IMG/VR virus record: IMGVR_UViG_3300035687_000005
Span: 408-64,407 of that record
DNA from: a virus
Lineage: Duplodnaviria; Caudoviricetes
Direction: 5' to 3' (one strand)
DNA length: 64,000 nucleotides
This document shows, one piece after another, positions 19,074 to 28,127 of this stretch (positions are counted from its first letter, which is position 1; every line of letters starts with the position of its first letter). The notes beneath the pieces are model-generated. The model saw nothing but the letters and a program-made list of their open reading frames with translations, was not told the DNA's origin and made no database searches. The translations under genes were made by a program, and so were the position numbers.

Positions 19074-19646
19074 ATGACGACTACCACCACCGACGCCCCA
19101 GCCGAAGAGGCTGAGAAGGTCGCCGCCACCCTCGAGCGGATCCAGCGGCGTATCACCGCCATCAACGTCGCGATGGCCTTGACCGCCGTGCTGTGGACAG
19201 TTCCGATCACCCTGGTCTTCGACTCCCACCCCTCCCATGGCGCCGTCCTCATCCTCACGATGTTCGCTGCGGCCGCCTCCATCGTCAGCGTGTGTCTGGG
19301 CCTGGCGTTGCGGCTCCAGCGCGGCGCCATCTTGGCCCGCGAGCGCGAGCGGCAGTGCATGGAGCGGGTCACCGAACTGGCCGCGGCACTGCACGAGGAC
19401 ACGTCCAGGCAGATCATCGAGAACCGCCGGGTCGCCGTCGAGGCGGTCGCCGCCTGCGCGGGCCTGCTCCAGCAGATCTCGGCGAAGATGGACCGCTCCC
19501 ACTGGGAGGCGTACGCCGCCGCGCTCGAGGACCTGCAGGCCGGCGTCACCCAAGGGCTCACCACGAAGGACATCAACATCGGCCACGTAGCCGGCGCCAA
19601 GGCCAACGGCAGCCACGTGGTGCCGCTGATGCGCCCGGGGCGTTGA
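19074..19646 (+). CDS. membrane protein (2 TM) in the immunity/integration cassette
   Basis: Two hydrophobic helices; ends 1 nt before int. Confidence 0.6.
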   Translation: MTTTTTDAPAEEAEKVAATLERIQRRITAINVAMALTAVLWTVPITLVFDSHPSHGAVLILTMFAAAASIVSVCLGLALRLQRGAILARERERQCMERVTELAAALHEDTSRQIIENRRVAVEAVAACAGLLQQISAKMDRSHWEAYAAALEDLQAGVTQGLTTKDINIGHVAGAKANGSHVVPLMRPGR

Positions 19647-19647
19647 G

Positions 19648-21093
19648 GTGACCAGGCAGCCGAACGGCCGGCCCTCGATCTCGCAGAGCACCGACGGGTG
19701 GTGGCACTGCTACGTCACCGTCGGCCGCAAGACCGACGGCAGCCTCGACCGTAAGCACATCCGCCGCCGCACCGCCGGCGCTGTCGCGACGGCCGTCGAC
19801 GAGCTGCAGGAACGCATCAGTCGGGGGACCGGCCTGGCGCAGAAGGTCGAGACGGTCGAGCAGTGGCTGCTTCACTGGTTGGAGCATGTGGTGGAGCCGT
19901 CGAAGGCGTGGAAGACCCACGCCGGGTACCGGTCGTTGGTCACGAGGCATGTCATACCGGCGCTGGGGCAGTGGAAGCTGGACGGCACCCGGAACCGGCT
20001 CGAGCCGGAGTACGTCGAGGCGATGTACGCGAAGCTGCGCAAGCAGGGGTTGGCGCCGTCGTACGTGTTGCAGGTGCACCGGGTGCTGCGGAAGGCGCTG
20101 AAGGACGCGGTCAGGCGGGGGAAGGCGGCGCGGAACGTCTGCGACATGATCGACCCGCCGCGTGCCCGCCGGGGGCGGGTCGACGCGCACTCGCTCGTCG
20201 ACACGCAGGCGATCCTCGGTGCTGCCATGTCGGACCCGCTCGCCGGGCGTTGGCTGATCGGGATGCTGCTGGGTCCGCGGCAGGGTGAGGCGTTGAGCCT
20301 GCGGTGGCACCGCATCCACTTGGACGCCGACTCGCCGTATCTGGCGGTGGCCACGCAGCTGCAGCGGCGGACGTGGCGGCACGGGTGTAAGTCGCCGGTG
20401 GAGTGCGCGACGCCGCGGTGCCGGACGAAGGCGTGCCCGCCGCGGTACGAGCACGGCTGCGACGGGTGCGGGATGAAGCTGGCGCACTTCTGCCCGGCGC
20501 GTCGGGTGGTGGCGGGGTGCTCCCGGCACCAGCGGCCGTGTCCGCCGGTGTGCCGGCCGGGTTGCACCGACCACGCGCGTGGGTGCCCGGACCGGGTCGA
20601 CGGTGGTCTGCTCGAGGTGGACGTGAAGTCGGAGAAGGGTGAGCGGGACATCCCGTTGCCGCCGGTGGTGGAGGAGGTCCTGCGGCAGGCCCGGGAGCGT
20701 CAGATCGTGGCGTGCCGGGAGAGGGGCGTCGACTGGGACCGCGAGGGCCTGGTCTTCACGAACGAGCTGGGCGGTCCGATCGACCCGCGCGCGGATCACG
20801 CGGCGTGGGAGCGGTTGTTGGTGCGGGCGGGCGTGGCGGACACGCGGCTGCACGCGGCTCGGCATACGGCGGCGACGTTCATGGTGGCGTCGGGGACCGA
20901 CATCCGGGTGGTGCAGGAGATCCTCGGTCATTCGCACATCAACGTGACGGCCGGTTACGCGGACGCGGGCCAGGAGGTGAAGCGTCAGGCGGTGGATCGG
21001 ATCGCGAGCGCGTTGATGGATGGTCAGTTGACGGCGCTGTTGCAGGGGACTCCGAAGGGCTCTCTGCGACCTGAAAGTTCCTCGCATACGTAG
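19648..21093 (+). CDS. int: tyrosine integrase
   Basis: GPRQGEAL (R), KSEKG (K), HAARH, LGHS, GYA catalytic motifs. Confidence 0.95.
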   Translation: MTRQPNGRPSISQSTDGWWHCYVTVGRKTDGSLDRKHIRRRTAGAVATAVDELQERISRGTGLAQKVETVEQWLLHWLEHVVEPSKAWKTHAGYRSLVTRHVIPALGQWKLDGTRNRLEPEYVEAMYAKLRKQGLAPSYVLQVHRVLRKALKDAVRRGKAARNVCDMIDPPRARRGRVDAHSLVDTQAILGAAMSDPLAGRWLIGMLLGPRQGEALSLRWHRIHLDADSPYLAVATQLQRRTWRHGCKSPVECATPRCRTKACPPRYEHGCDGCGMKLAHFCPARRVVAGCSRHQRPCPPVCRPGCTDHARGCPDRVDGGLLEVDVKSEKGERDIPLPPVVEEVLRQARERQIVACRERGVDWDREGLVFTNELGGPIDPRADHAAWERLLVRAGVADTRLHAARHTAATFMVASGTDIRVVQEILGHSHINVTAGYADAGQEVKRQAVDRIASALMDGQLTALLQGTPKGSLRPESSSHT

Positions 21094-21359
21094 ATCAATA
21101 AGGGTTAGTGCAACACGCTGGTGCAACAGTGAAGGCCCGGAGATCATCTCCGGGCCTTCGTTTTCCCTGCTCATCTGTGGTGGCCAGGGGCGGGGTCGAA
21201 CCGCCGACCTTCCGATTTTCAGATCGTTGGAGTTGGATGCGTGGTAGTGCACGGGGGTGCAATGGAGATCAATACCGCCTGGTCAGACTACATGCGTGCA
21301 CCCCCACGCACCTTTGCGCACGCGTGTGCATGTGCAGATTTGCGTGATCTAGTGCAACC
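21092..21359. mobile_element. attP: core identical to the 3' half of tRNA-Phe(GAA), with arm-type repeats
   Basis: Reverse complement of 21178-21222 is CTGAAAATCGGAAGGTCGGCGGTTCGACCCCGCCCCTGGCCACCA (anticodon loop, T arm, CCA); the 5' half is absent. GTGCA(A) repeats at 21106, 21119, 21245, 21255, 21350; AGATCAATA at 21092 and 21266. Confidence 0.9.
21131..21164. terminator. intrinsic terminator between int and the att core
   Basis: GAAGGCCCGGAGA-tca-TCTCCGGGCCTTC followed by GTTTT. Confidence 0.8.
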
Positions 21360-21582
21360 CTTTTACGCACAGTCCGGAACTCCCGTTGCGGCGCCGTTGT
21401 GAGCGGTGTTGGCATGTTGGGCAAGTGACCGCCGGCCGCCGAGCCGGTCCAGGACCCAGCGGCCGGCGGCACCCACCCGGAGAACCGGGGGGACCTGTCG
21501 CCGCGCCTCGACACCTTACGTTGAGGCCGCCCGCGCCTGTCTATCCGCGATGCGCGATCTTTGATCCTGATCGCGTGGCGCG

Positions 21583-22707
21583 TCAGGCCGCTTCTTCGGC
21601 CGCCCTGATCGCCTCGACGGCCCACCGTGGTGCCCGGCCCCGCTCGGCCGCTCGGACCGCGCCGCGCAGGATCTTCGGCACCCGCGCCGACCCCACCACC
21701 GGCGCCTTCGCCATCAGATCCTCGGCGACCCGCTCGGCGTCACGCCACCCGCGCACGTTCACGAGGTCGTGCAGCAGCCACGCCCGGTACAGCGCCTGAT
21801 CCCGGCCCTGCCGGTCGGGCAGCGCGGCGACCGCCAGCTGCGACGCGCGAACCGCGCCACGCCCGTCATCCGTCGCGGCGAGCAGCCGGGCCTCGTGCAC
21901 CGCCAGCTCCGCCTCGTGCAGCCACCACGTCCACGCCGGATCGTTCGGGCCGATCCCGCCGGCGAGCTCACCACGGGCACGCTCGAGCTCGGCCAGGGCT
22001 TCGGTCCGGTCGCCGAGCTCACCGAGGGCCCGGGCGCGGCGGACGCGGAGCATCCCGACGACCCGGCCGGACTTGGGCGCTTCGGCGAGGACCCGGTCGG
22101 CGATCTGCAACCCTTCCGCACCGCGGCCGAGGTAGACGGCCTGCATGGACAGGTGGGAGAGGAGGAAGCGTTCCATGCTGCGGTCCCCGGCCAGCTGCGC
22201 GACGAGCAGGGCCTCGGTGGCGACCTGCCGCGATTCCTGCTGGTGCTCGGAGTCGTAGGCCAGCCAAGCGGCGACCTCGCCGACTTCGGCGATGGCCGCG
22301 TGTAGGTCTGATGCGGTGCCCGGTGCGGCGCCGGCGGTGGCGAGCTGGCGGTGGGCGTTGCGGAACGCGCGGGCGGCGACGGTGTGCAGGCCTTCGGAGC
22401 CGTGCATGGTGTCGAGGCTGACGAGCTGCTGCACGGTGTCGTGGAGGCGGCCGATGTCGGTGTCGTCCATAGGGCGCCGCAGGTCTGCGGGGGCGGCGGC
22501 GGTGCGCTGCCCGGCGAGCGCGGACAGTTCGCCGGCGGCGTTGAGCGCGTTGTCGATCCGGTCGGCCATCTCCGGGGTGGGGTGGACGACGCCGTTGGCG
22601 AGGCGGGAGACGTGCGCCTTGTCGGTGAACAGGGTGGCGGCGAGCGCGGCCTGGGTGATGCGGGCGAGGGCGATGCGGCGCTTCATGTCCTCTGAGAACC
22701 TGCTGAT
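21583..22707 (-). CDS. XRE-HTH regulator with helical (TPR-like) C-terminal domain
   Basis: ITQAALAATLFTDKAHVSRLANG...RIDNALNAAGEL; AGWLAYD-like motif. Start uncertain (ATC 22707 or ATG 22686). Confidence 0.75.
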   Translation of the reverse strand: MSRFSEDMKRRIALARITQAALAATLFTDKAHVSRLANGVVHPTPEMADRIDNALNAAGELSALAGQRTAAAPADLRRPMDDTDIGRLHDTVQQLVSLDTMHGSEGLHTVAARAFRNAHRQLATAGAAPGTASDLHAAIAEVGEVAAWLAYDSEHQQESRQVATEALLVAQLAGDRSMERFLLSHLSMQAVYLGRGAEGLQIADRVLAEAPKSGRVVGMLRVRRARALGELGDRTEALAELERARGELAGGIGPNDPAWTWWLHEAELAVHEARLLAATDDGRGAVRASQLAVAALPDRQGRDQALYRAWLLHDLVNVRGWRDAERVAEDLMAKAPVVGSARVPKILRGAVRAAERGRAPRWAVEAIRAAEEAA

Positions 22708-22868
22708 CGCGCACCTCCTTGCCGGGTCAACGTTGACTGCGTCGAGAGTCAACGCCGTTCTATGTCGCCTGGCCTGTGTGGCGTTCGAAGCTGGTGGTGC
22801 GGCGCGGTGCTCGGGTGCTGGACCCACCGGGGTGCCGTGCCGCTCTTCTCAGGAGGTGCGGCATGCGA

Positions 22869-23180
22869 TCACTCGGATGGTGCGGGTCTGCGGCGGCGGG
22901 CGATGAGGGCTTCGACGGCGGCGGGTTTGACGTACCGGTAACCGGATTCGGAGATGTGCCAGTCCTCGCCCTGTTGACCGTAGTGGCCTGCGTCGATACC
23001 GCGGCGGACCTTGTCGCGGCTGTCGGTGTAGCCGGCGGCGTGGAGTCGGGCGACGACGTCTTTGATCGTCCACCACGGCTTTTCCTCCACGCCGGCCTCC
23101 CTCGTCTGTAGCAACTCGTGCAACCGGGTCAATGATCGCAGGCTGCGCACGCGGAGGCGAGTGGCGGGCTGGTGCGTCAT
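22869..23180 (-). CDS. small putative DNA-binding protein divergent from the transfer operon
   Basis: WTIKDVVARL..SRDKVRRGIDAG...GYRYV resembles a wHTH; leaderless -10 TACTGT. Confidence 0.5.
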   Translation of the reverse strand: MTHQPATRLRVRSLRSLTRLHELLQTREAGVEEKPWWTIKDVVARLHAAGYTDSRDKVRRGIDAGHYGQQGEDWHISESGYRYVKPAAVEALIARRRRPAPSE

Positions 23181-23264
23181 CTCGTAACAGTAGCAAGGTT
23201 GGCAAGTGTCGCAACCTTATGAGAGAGTGGACCCATCACCCCCGCCGTCAGACTTCCCTAGGAG

Positions 23265-23777
23265 TTGATCCCCATGGCGATCGTTGAGGCCATCCACCTC
23301 CGTAAGTCGTTCACGCGCGGCATCGCCTGCGGCATTACGGGCAGCGTCCGGATCACCGAACGGCTGAGCGAGGCGACATGCCAGCGGTGTTACTACGAGG
23401 GCGACCCGGTTGCGCGGACCCGCGCCTTGATGGTCGAGGCTGCGCACGCTGAGGCGCTGGAGATGCACACCGAGATCACCGGCGAGGTTCCGGTTCGTAG
23501 GACCACCGCCGAGCGCAACCGTCAGGCGTACATCGATGCGATTGACGCGCAGATCGCCGAGCTGCTGGCCCGCCGCGCGGCCCTGGTCGGTCCACCATTC
23601 CGTGTGGGCGACCTGGTTCACCGCACGGACGACGAGGGGTTCGACCGCTGGCAGGTGTGGGTCGTGACCCGCGTGGACGCTGTCGACCCGCGCAAGGTGA
23701 GCCTCGGCCAGCGCGGTGACGACTGGCGCATGGCCATGAACGTCAGTGCCGCCACCTTGGTCGAGGCGCAGGTCTGA
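23265..23777 (+). CDS. hypothetical protein
   Basis: RBS AGGAG; ACG/CQRC motif. Confidence 0.55.
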   Translation: MIPMAIVEAIHLRKSFTRGIACGITGSVRITERLSEATCQRCYYEGDPVARTRALMVEAAHAEALEMHTEITGEVPVRRTTAERNRQAYIDAIDAQIAELLARRAALVGPPFRVGDLVHRTDDEGFDRWQVWVVTRVDAVDPRKVSLGQRGDDWRMAMNVSAATLVEAQV

Positions 23778-23852
23778 TGCGCGACGTTGGCATGACGGCG
23801 GACGCGGCGCTGCTGGCCGCGGTGGACCTCGCAGACCTGGAGGCATGACCCC

Positions 23853-24959
23853 ATGACCGCCTCTGAATTTCTCGCCGCCGCCTCCGCCTTCCTCGCCGAG
23901 CACCGCGGCGCCCTGATGGTCGGCGCCCTCGCATTCGTCGTCGTGGCGCTGCTACTGACCATCCGCCGCGCCGTGAAGGGCGGCCGGCCGGATCGCTGGG
24001 TCGACGCGATCGCGTTCCTCGGCGCCCTCAGCTTCTCCGCCGAGGGCATGTGGGAGGTCGCGACCCAGAAGCTGGGCCTGCCGGCCACGTTCGCCGCGCT
24101 GGTGTTCTTCCTGTTCGAGGCGCAGTTGGTCTCGGCGATGTTCCGGGCCAACCGGTACCAGAAGCTCAACGGCAACCCCGGTCGGCACGGTCGAGCGGTG
24201 TGGCTCATCGCCGGGGTGATGGGCCTGATCGTGGCGTTCGCGGCCGACAGCTTCGTCGAGGCGCCGCTACGTCTGGCCATCCCGCTGCTCGCCGCGTACC
24301 AGTGGTGGCTCGGTCTGACCGCCGACGGTGTCACCGAGGACAAGGGTGCGACGTCGTGGCGGTGGACGCCGCGTCGGCTGCTGCTGTGGCTCGGCGCGAT
24401 CGAGCCGGGTGAGCGCGACGTCGTGGCGGTCGACCGGGAGCGCCGCGTCGCACAGATGACCAACCTGGAGTACCGGCGCCGGCACGGTTGGGTGCGTCTG
24501 GCCGGCCGCCGCGGTGCGCGCCTGGCGCGTCTGAGTCTCGTCGCCGACGACGAGATGATCGCGGAGGTGCAGCGCCGGGTCGACCGCGCCGGCTGGTTCG
24601 ACGCGACGCACGCCGACGCCCCGGCGGAGCACGCTCGCCGGTCCAAGTCGCTAGGCGTGGCTGCGTCGGAGAAGCGGCGCCGGGTGCGTCATCACCGCCT
24701 GGTTCGGACCGTGCGGGTGACGCACCCGGCACCGAAGATCGCTCCTGCTCAGGACGTGCGTCAGGACGATCGGACGACGCAGGAGATCGACCTTGCGATC
24801 TGCGTCATGAAGGCGGGCGACCCGGACCTGGCTCAGCGACGGATCGCTCATCTGGTCGGCACGTCCGAGGCCACTGTCCGACGCGCTCTGCGTCGCAGGC
24901 AGTACACCTCGCCGCCGCCCATCAACGGCAAGATTCCCGAGCTTGAAGGAGCCACCTGA
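23853..24959 (+). CDS. Spd-like (DUF2637/SpdB2-type) membrane protein with C-terminal HTH
   Basis: Several TM helices, then LAQRRIAHLVGTSEATVRRALR HTH; architecture typical of actinomycete plasmid spread proteins. Confidence 0.65.
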   Translation: MTASEFLAAASAFLAEHRGALMVGALAFVVVALLLTIRRAVKGGRPDRWVDAIAFLGALSFSAEGMWEVATQKLGLPATFAALVFFLFEAQLVSAMFRANRYQKLNGNPGRHGRAVWLIAGVMGLIVAFAADSFVEAPLRLAIPLLAAYQWWLGLTADGVTEDKGATSWRWTPRRLLLWLGAIEPGERDVVAVDRERRVAQMTNLEYRRRHGWVRLAGRRGARLARLSLVADDEMIAEVQRRVDRAGWFDATHADAPAEHARRSKSLGVAASEKRRRVRHHRLVRTVRVTHPAPKIAPAQDVRQDDRTTQEIDLAICVMKAGDPDLAQRRIAHLVGTSEATVRRALRRRQYTSPPPINGKIPELEGAT

Positions 24960-25312
24960 TGATCCACGTCCTGTCCGTGTGGGTGCTGCTGAAGTGTGGC
25001 TGCCAGGTGCAGTGCCACGGCAACGCCCCGCGACCCACCACCTGCCCCGACCACCCGTAGATCAAGGAGAACTGAGATGGCGAAGGACAGCAAGGCGTCG
25101 AAGGAACTGCAGGGTTCCGAGGACGACATCAAGACCATCAAGACGTTCGGACTGCGCTGATGGCCATTCCGAAGAAGTGGTTCGTGCAAGAGGAGCGCGC
25201 CCGGATGGACCGCAACCAGGCGGACGCGGTCGGGGACCGGGCGGCTGCCAAGAGGCATCAGGCGGCGATGGACGAGGCACTGGCCAAGCAGGACCAGCAC
25301 AAGAAGAAGTAG
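24959..25312 (+). CDS. three tiny ORFs (24959-25060, 25077-25160, 25160-25312)
   Basis: Manual translation; RBS AAGGAG before 25077; TGATG coupling. Confidence 0.5.
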
Positions 25313-25389
25313 CTCCGCGCGGGGCGCGACCTCAGCCCTCGACAAGCACCGGTCGCGCCCCGCTCCCCCACGAAGGAGGAACACCCATC

Positions 25390-25818
25390 ATGCGCGTCCC
25401 CCTCGATCGAATCGACGACCTGCGGGCAGCGAACCGCTGGGAAACGATCTGCTCCATCGTCGGCTGGTTGTTCGCCGCGACGTTCGCCCTGATGGCGGGG
25501 TTCTACTTCGCCGGTATGGACTACGCCAAGCACATCATGGTCATCCCGTCCCTGGTGCTGTTCGCGGCCTGGGTCGGGGCCACGATCCGGGAGCGTGTAC
25601 TCCGCGACCGGGCCCATGTGCCGTCCCCGTCGGACGGTTGCTGCGACTGCGGGGTCGCCGAGTGCGACGTCATCGTCGCCCCCGACGACCGCGGTCGCGG
25701 CGAGGGCTACTGCTGGGGCTGCATCGACACCTGGCCGGCCGACGCTCCGGCGACGGTGGACGAGCTCGGGATCTACGTCTTCCCTGGTCGCGAGCGGGCC
25801 GAGGGGGTGCAGCCGTGA
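25390..25818 (+). CDS. membrane protein with Cys cluster
   Basis: 2 TM then CCDC...CWGC; RBS GGAGG. Confidence 0.55.
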   Translation: MRVPLDRIDDLRAANRWETICSIVGWLFAATFALMAGFYFAGMDYAKHIMVIPSLVLFAAWVGATIRERVLRDRAHVPSPSDGCCDCGVAECDVIVAPDDRGRGEGYCWGCIDTWPADAPATVDELGIYVFPGRERAEGVQP

Positions 25819-26003
25819 GCCGACTGCCCGCGCACGTCGCCGACCGCAGCCCCGCCGTCGTCGTCGACGGCACCGTCGTCCAGCCCGCCCCTGGATATCG
25901 CCCGGCGGTCCGCGGCGGTCCGAGCCTCGCGTTTGTCCTGGTCCTGATCCTGGTCCTGTTCGGCAGCGCCTTCGCTGTCGGCCTCGGCCTGTCTCTGCTC
26001 TGA
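25815..26003 (+). CDS. small SpdD-like membrane protein
   Basis: Pro-rich N-terminus and C-terminal TM. Confidence 0.45.
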   Translation: MSRLPAHVADRSPAVVVDGTVVQPAPGYRPAVRGGPSLAFVLVLILVLFGSAFAVGLGLSLL

Positions 26004-26012
26004 GGAGTTCCG

Positions 26013-26270
26013 TTGCCCGCCGACCGCTACCGCGTCCAGCTCTACCGCAACGGCGTCCACCGGCGCCGACAGGAGGTGCTCACGAACCTCGACCCGCACG
26101 ACGACACGATCCTGCGCGAGTGGCTGGAACGCCTCGTCAAGGCAGACCGGGGCACCCTGCGCCTGAATTTGGCAGACGGCTGGGAGCTGAAGGTCCGCAT
26201 CCCGGACGGGATCCGGGTCGTCGCGACGGCCACCGTCGACAAGTCCGGCCGCACGGTGGTGAAGCGGTGA
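26013..26270 (+). CDS. hypothetical protein
   Basis: RBS GAGGAG, TTG start. Confidence 0.55.
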   Translation: MPADRYRVQLYRNGVHRRRQEVLTNLDPHDDTILREWLERLVKADRGTLRLNLADGWELKVRIPDGIRVVATATVDKSGRTVVKR

Positions 26271-26533
26271 GCCGCCGACAGAAGGTCAGCGCCGCGCGGC
26301 GGGCGGCGTACTGGGCGGCTCGCACGAGCCCTTCTCAGCCGCCGGAGGACCGGACGGCGGCGGCCTGGGACTGGCTCAGGACGACCATCGCCGACCTGCC
26401 GTCCACCCACCAGCGTGAGGCCTGGGCAGCAGCATTCGACCAGATCAACGGGGTACGGCGGGCCATCACGGACGGTGAGTTCACACCGGGTGTTCACACC
26501 GGGTCTGCGAACCGTTCGGAGCTCCACACGTAG
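26267..26533 (+). CDS. hypothetical protein
   Basis: GTGA overlap; AAAWDWLRTTI. Confidence 0.5.
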   Translation: MSRRQKVSAARRAAYWAARTSPSQPPEDRTAAAWDWLRTTIADLPSTHQREAWAAAFDQINGVRRAITDGEFTPGVHTGSANRSELHT

Positions 26534-26606
26534 ACACGCGTGAACGCGCGCGAGGCCATCGTACACATCGGTCACTGACCGTCACAACAAGGAAGGGAGA
26601 AAGGCT

Positions 26607-27041
26607 GTGCAAGCAGGAGTTTCAGCCGGCGTCGGCATCGTGTGTCTCGTCGCCGCCGGGGTGCTCATCGTGGCCGGCCGGTGGCAGTGGCCGCGCCTGA
26701 TCGTGGCGCTCGTCATCACCGGTGTGGCCGGGCTGCTGACGTCCACGATCGGTTCGTGGATGCATGCGAGTGTGACCCGCCTGGACCGGCGGGCGTCCGC
26801 GTTCGTCGGTCAGTGGACCGGCGCCGCGGTGTCGGGGATCTTGGCGGTGGTGCTGCTCGGGTTCCTGGCGTTCTGGATCTGGCACAACCAGGTCGACGCG
26901 AAGACCATCGGGGTGGCGGCCGCCGTGCCGGTGACCGTGACGCTGATCCCGGGTCCGCTCGGCGCGTTCGCCGTCGCCGCGGTGTCCGTGGTCCCTGCGG
27001 TGCTGGGCGGCGTCGTCGCCTGGCTGTTCGGGCTCGGGTGA
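26607..27041 (+). CDS. multi-pass membrane protein (transfer/spread)
   Basis: Four to five hydrophobic helices, upstream of traB. Confidence 0.65.
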   Translation: MQAGVSAGVGIVCLVAAGVLIVAGRWQWPRLIVALVITGVAGLLTSTIGSWMHASVTRLDRRASAFVGQWTGAAVSGILAVVLLGFLAFWIWHNQVDAKTIGVAAAVPVTVTLIPGPLGAFAVAAVSVVPAVLGGVVAWLFGLG

Positions 27042-27045
27042 TCTC

Positions 27046-28047
27046 GTGGAGATCTTCGGTATCGCGATCCTCGCCGCCGGGCTGATGGGTGTCTGGCACG
27101 TCACCAGGTACGCCGTCCCGCGGACCATGCGCGCGGTCGGCAAGAAGAGGTCGGCCAGCATCCAGGCGTGGAAGGCCCAGCACCCGAACGCCCCGGCGGT
27201 CACCCGCTGGCCGGCGGCGATCGCGCGGGCCATCGCGGCGTTTCGGTGGGGGCCGCGGTTCCTCATCGAGGAGACCCGCACCGCGTGGCGGGAGGGCATG
27301 GAGCTGGGCCGTCACAAGTACGGGCAGGTCGTCACCGACCCACCCACACCTGCCGGCGCAACGGACCCGGTCGGCACCGAGTCTGCCGTCAGTGACCGGT
27401 GTGCCCGGTGCGGCCGCACCGGCAGCGATAACCACCCCCTCATACCGAGATCCGACGGCACGAGCGCGTGCGCACCCTGCCATTACAGCCGCTGCGTGAA
27501 ATGCGAGAAGAACTTCGCCGCCGATGGCGACGTCGCCTGCCCGGAGTGCCGGGCATGGCAGGACGAGCGCAACAAGCAGGCACCGCCGCTCCCCCGGCCC
27601 CGGCCGCACCTCGTATCCGTTCCCAACCCGATCCCCAACCTCATCGGCCCACCGGCCACACGTCAGAAGGAGAACACCATGACGATCCAGACCATCACCG
27701 GCGGCGAAGTCAACAGCCCCGAGCAGCTCGTCGCCGAACTGCAGGCCATCACCGCCGAGGCGGCAGCCGACCTCGAGGACGCCCGCGGCGACGCCGTCCG
27801 GGCCGAGGAGGACGCCGCCCGGATCGAGAAGATGGTCGGCTGCCTGACCAACCTGAAGCTCCCCCCGGAGGACATCAGCTCGGTGCAGGGCCTGCTCGAG
27901 CCGGCCATGGCGCGTAAGGCGGCCGCTGAGCAGCGCGCCGCGGCGGCGGAGAAGCGGGCGTCGCAGGCGCAGTCGGCGCTGGTGATGGCGCAGCGGCACG
28001 TCGAGCTGCAGGGCCAGGGCGCGGCGGGTGACTTCTACCGTTCCTGA
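27046..28047 (+). CDS. TraA-like accessory transfer protein (TM + Cys cluster + coiled coil)
   Basis: Immediately upstream of traB; internal RBS+ATG at 27679. Confidence 0.55.
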   Translation: MEIFGIAILAAGLMGVWHVTRYAVPRTMRAVGKKRSASIQAWKAQHPNAPAVTRWPAAIARAIAAFRWGPRFLIEETRTAWREGMELGRHKYGQVVTDPPTPAGATDPVGTESAVSDRCARCGRTGSDNHPLIPRSDGTSACAPCHYSRCVKCEKNFAADGDVACPECRAWQDERNKQAPPLPRPRPHLVSVPNPIPNLIGPPATRQKENTMTIQTITGGEVNSPEQLVAELQAITAEAAADLEDARGDAVRAEEDAARIEKMVGCLTNLKLPPEDISSVQGLLEPAMARKAAAEQRAAAAEKRASQAQSALVMAQRHVELQGQGAAGDFYRS

Positions 28048-28127
28048 CCGTTTCCGTGCAGGCCCCGCCGCTGGTGGGGCCTGCGCTGTGACAGGCAGGC
28101 ACAAGCCGACCAGGAAGGAGCACCGCG

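Noticed and set aside
21150-21260. tRNA-Phe gene
   Set aside because: Only the 3' half (anticodon loop to CCA) is present, with no D-arm or 5' acceptor strand; interpreted as the attP core.
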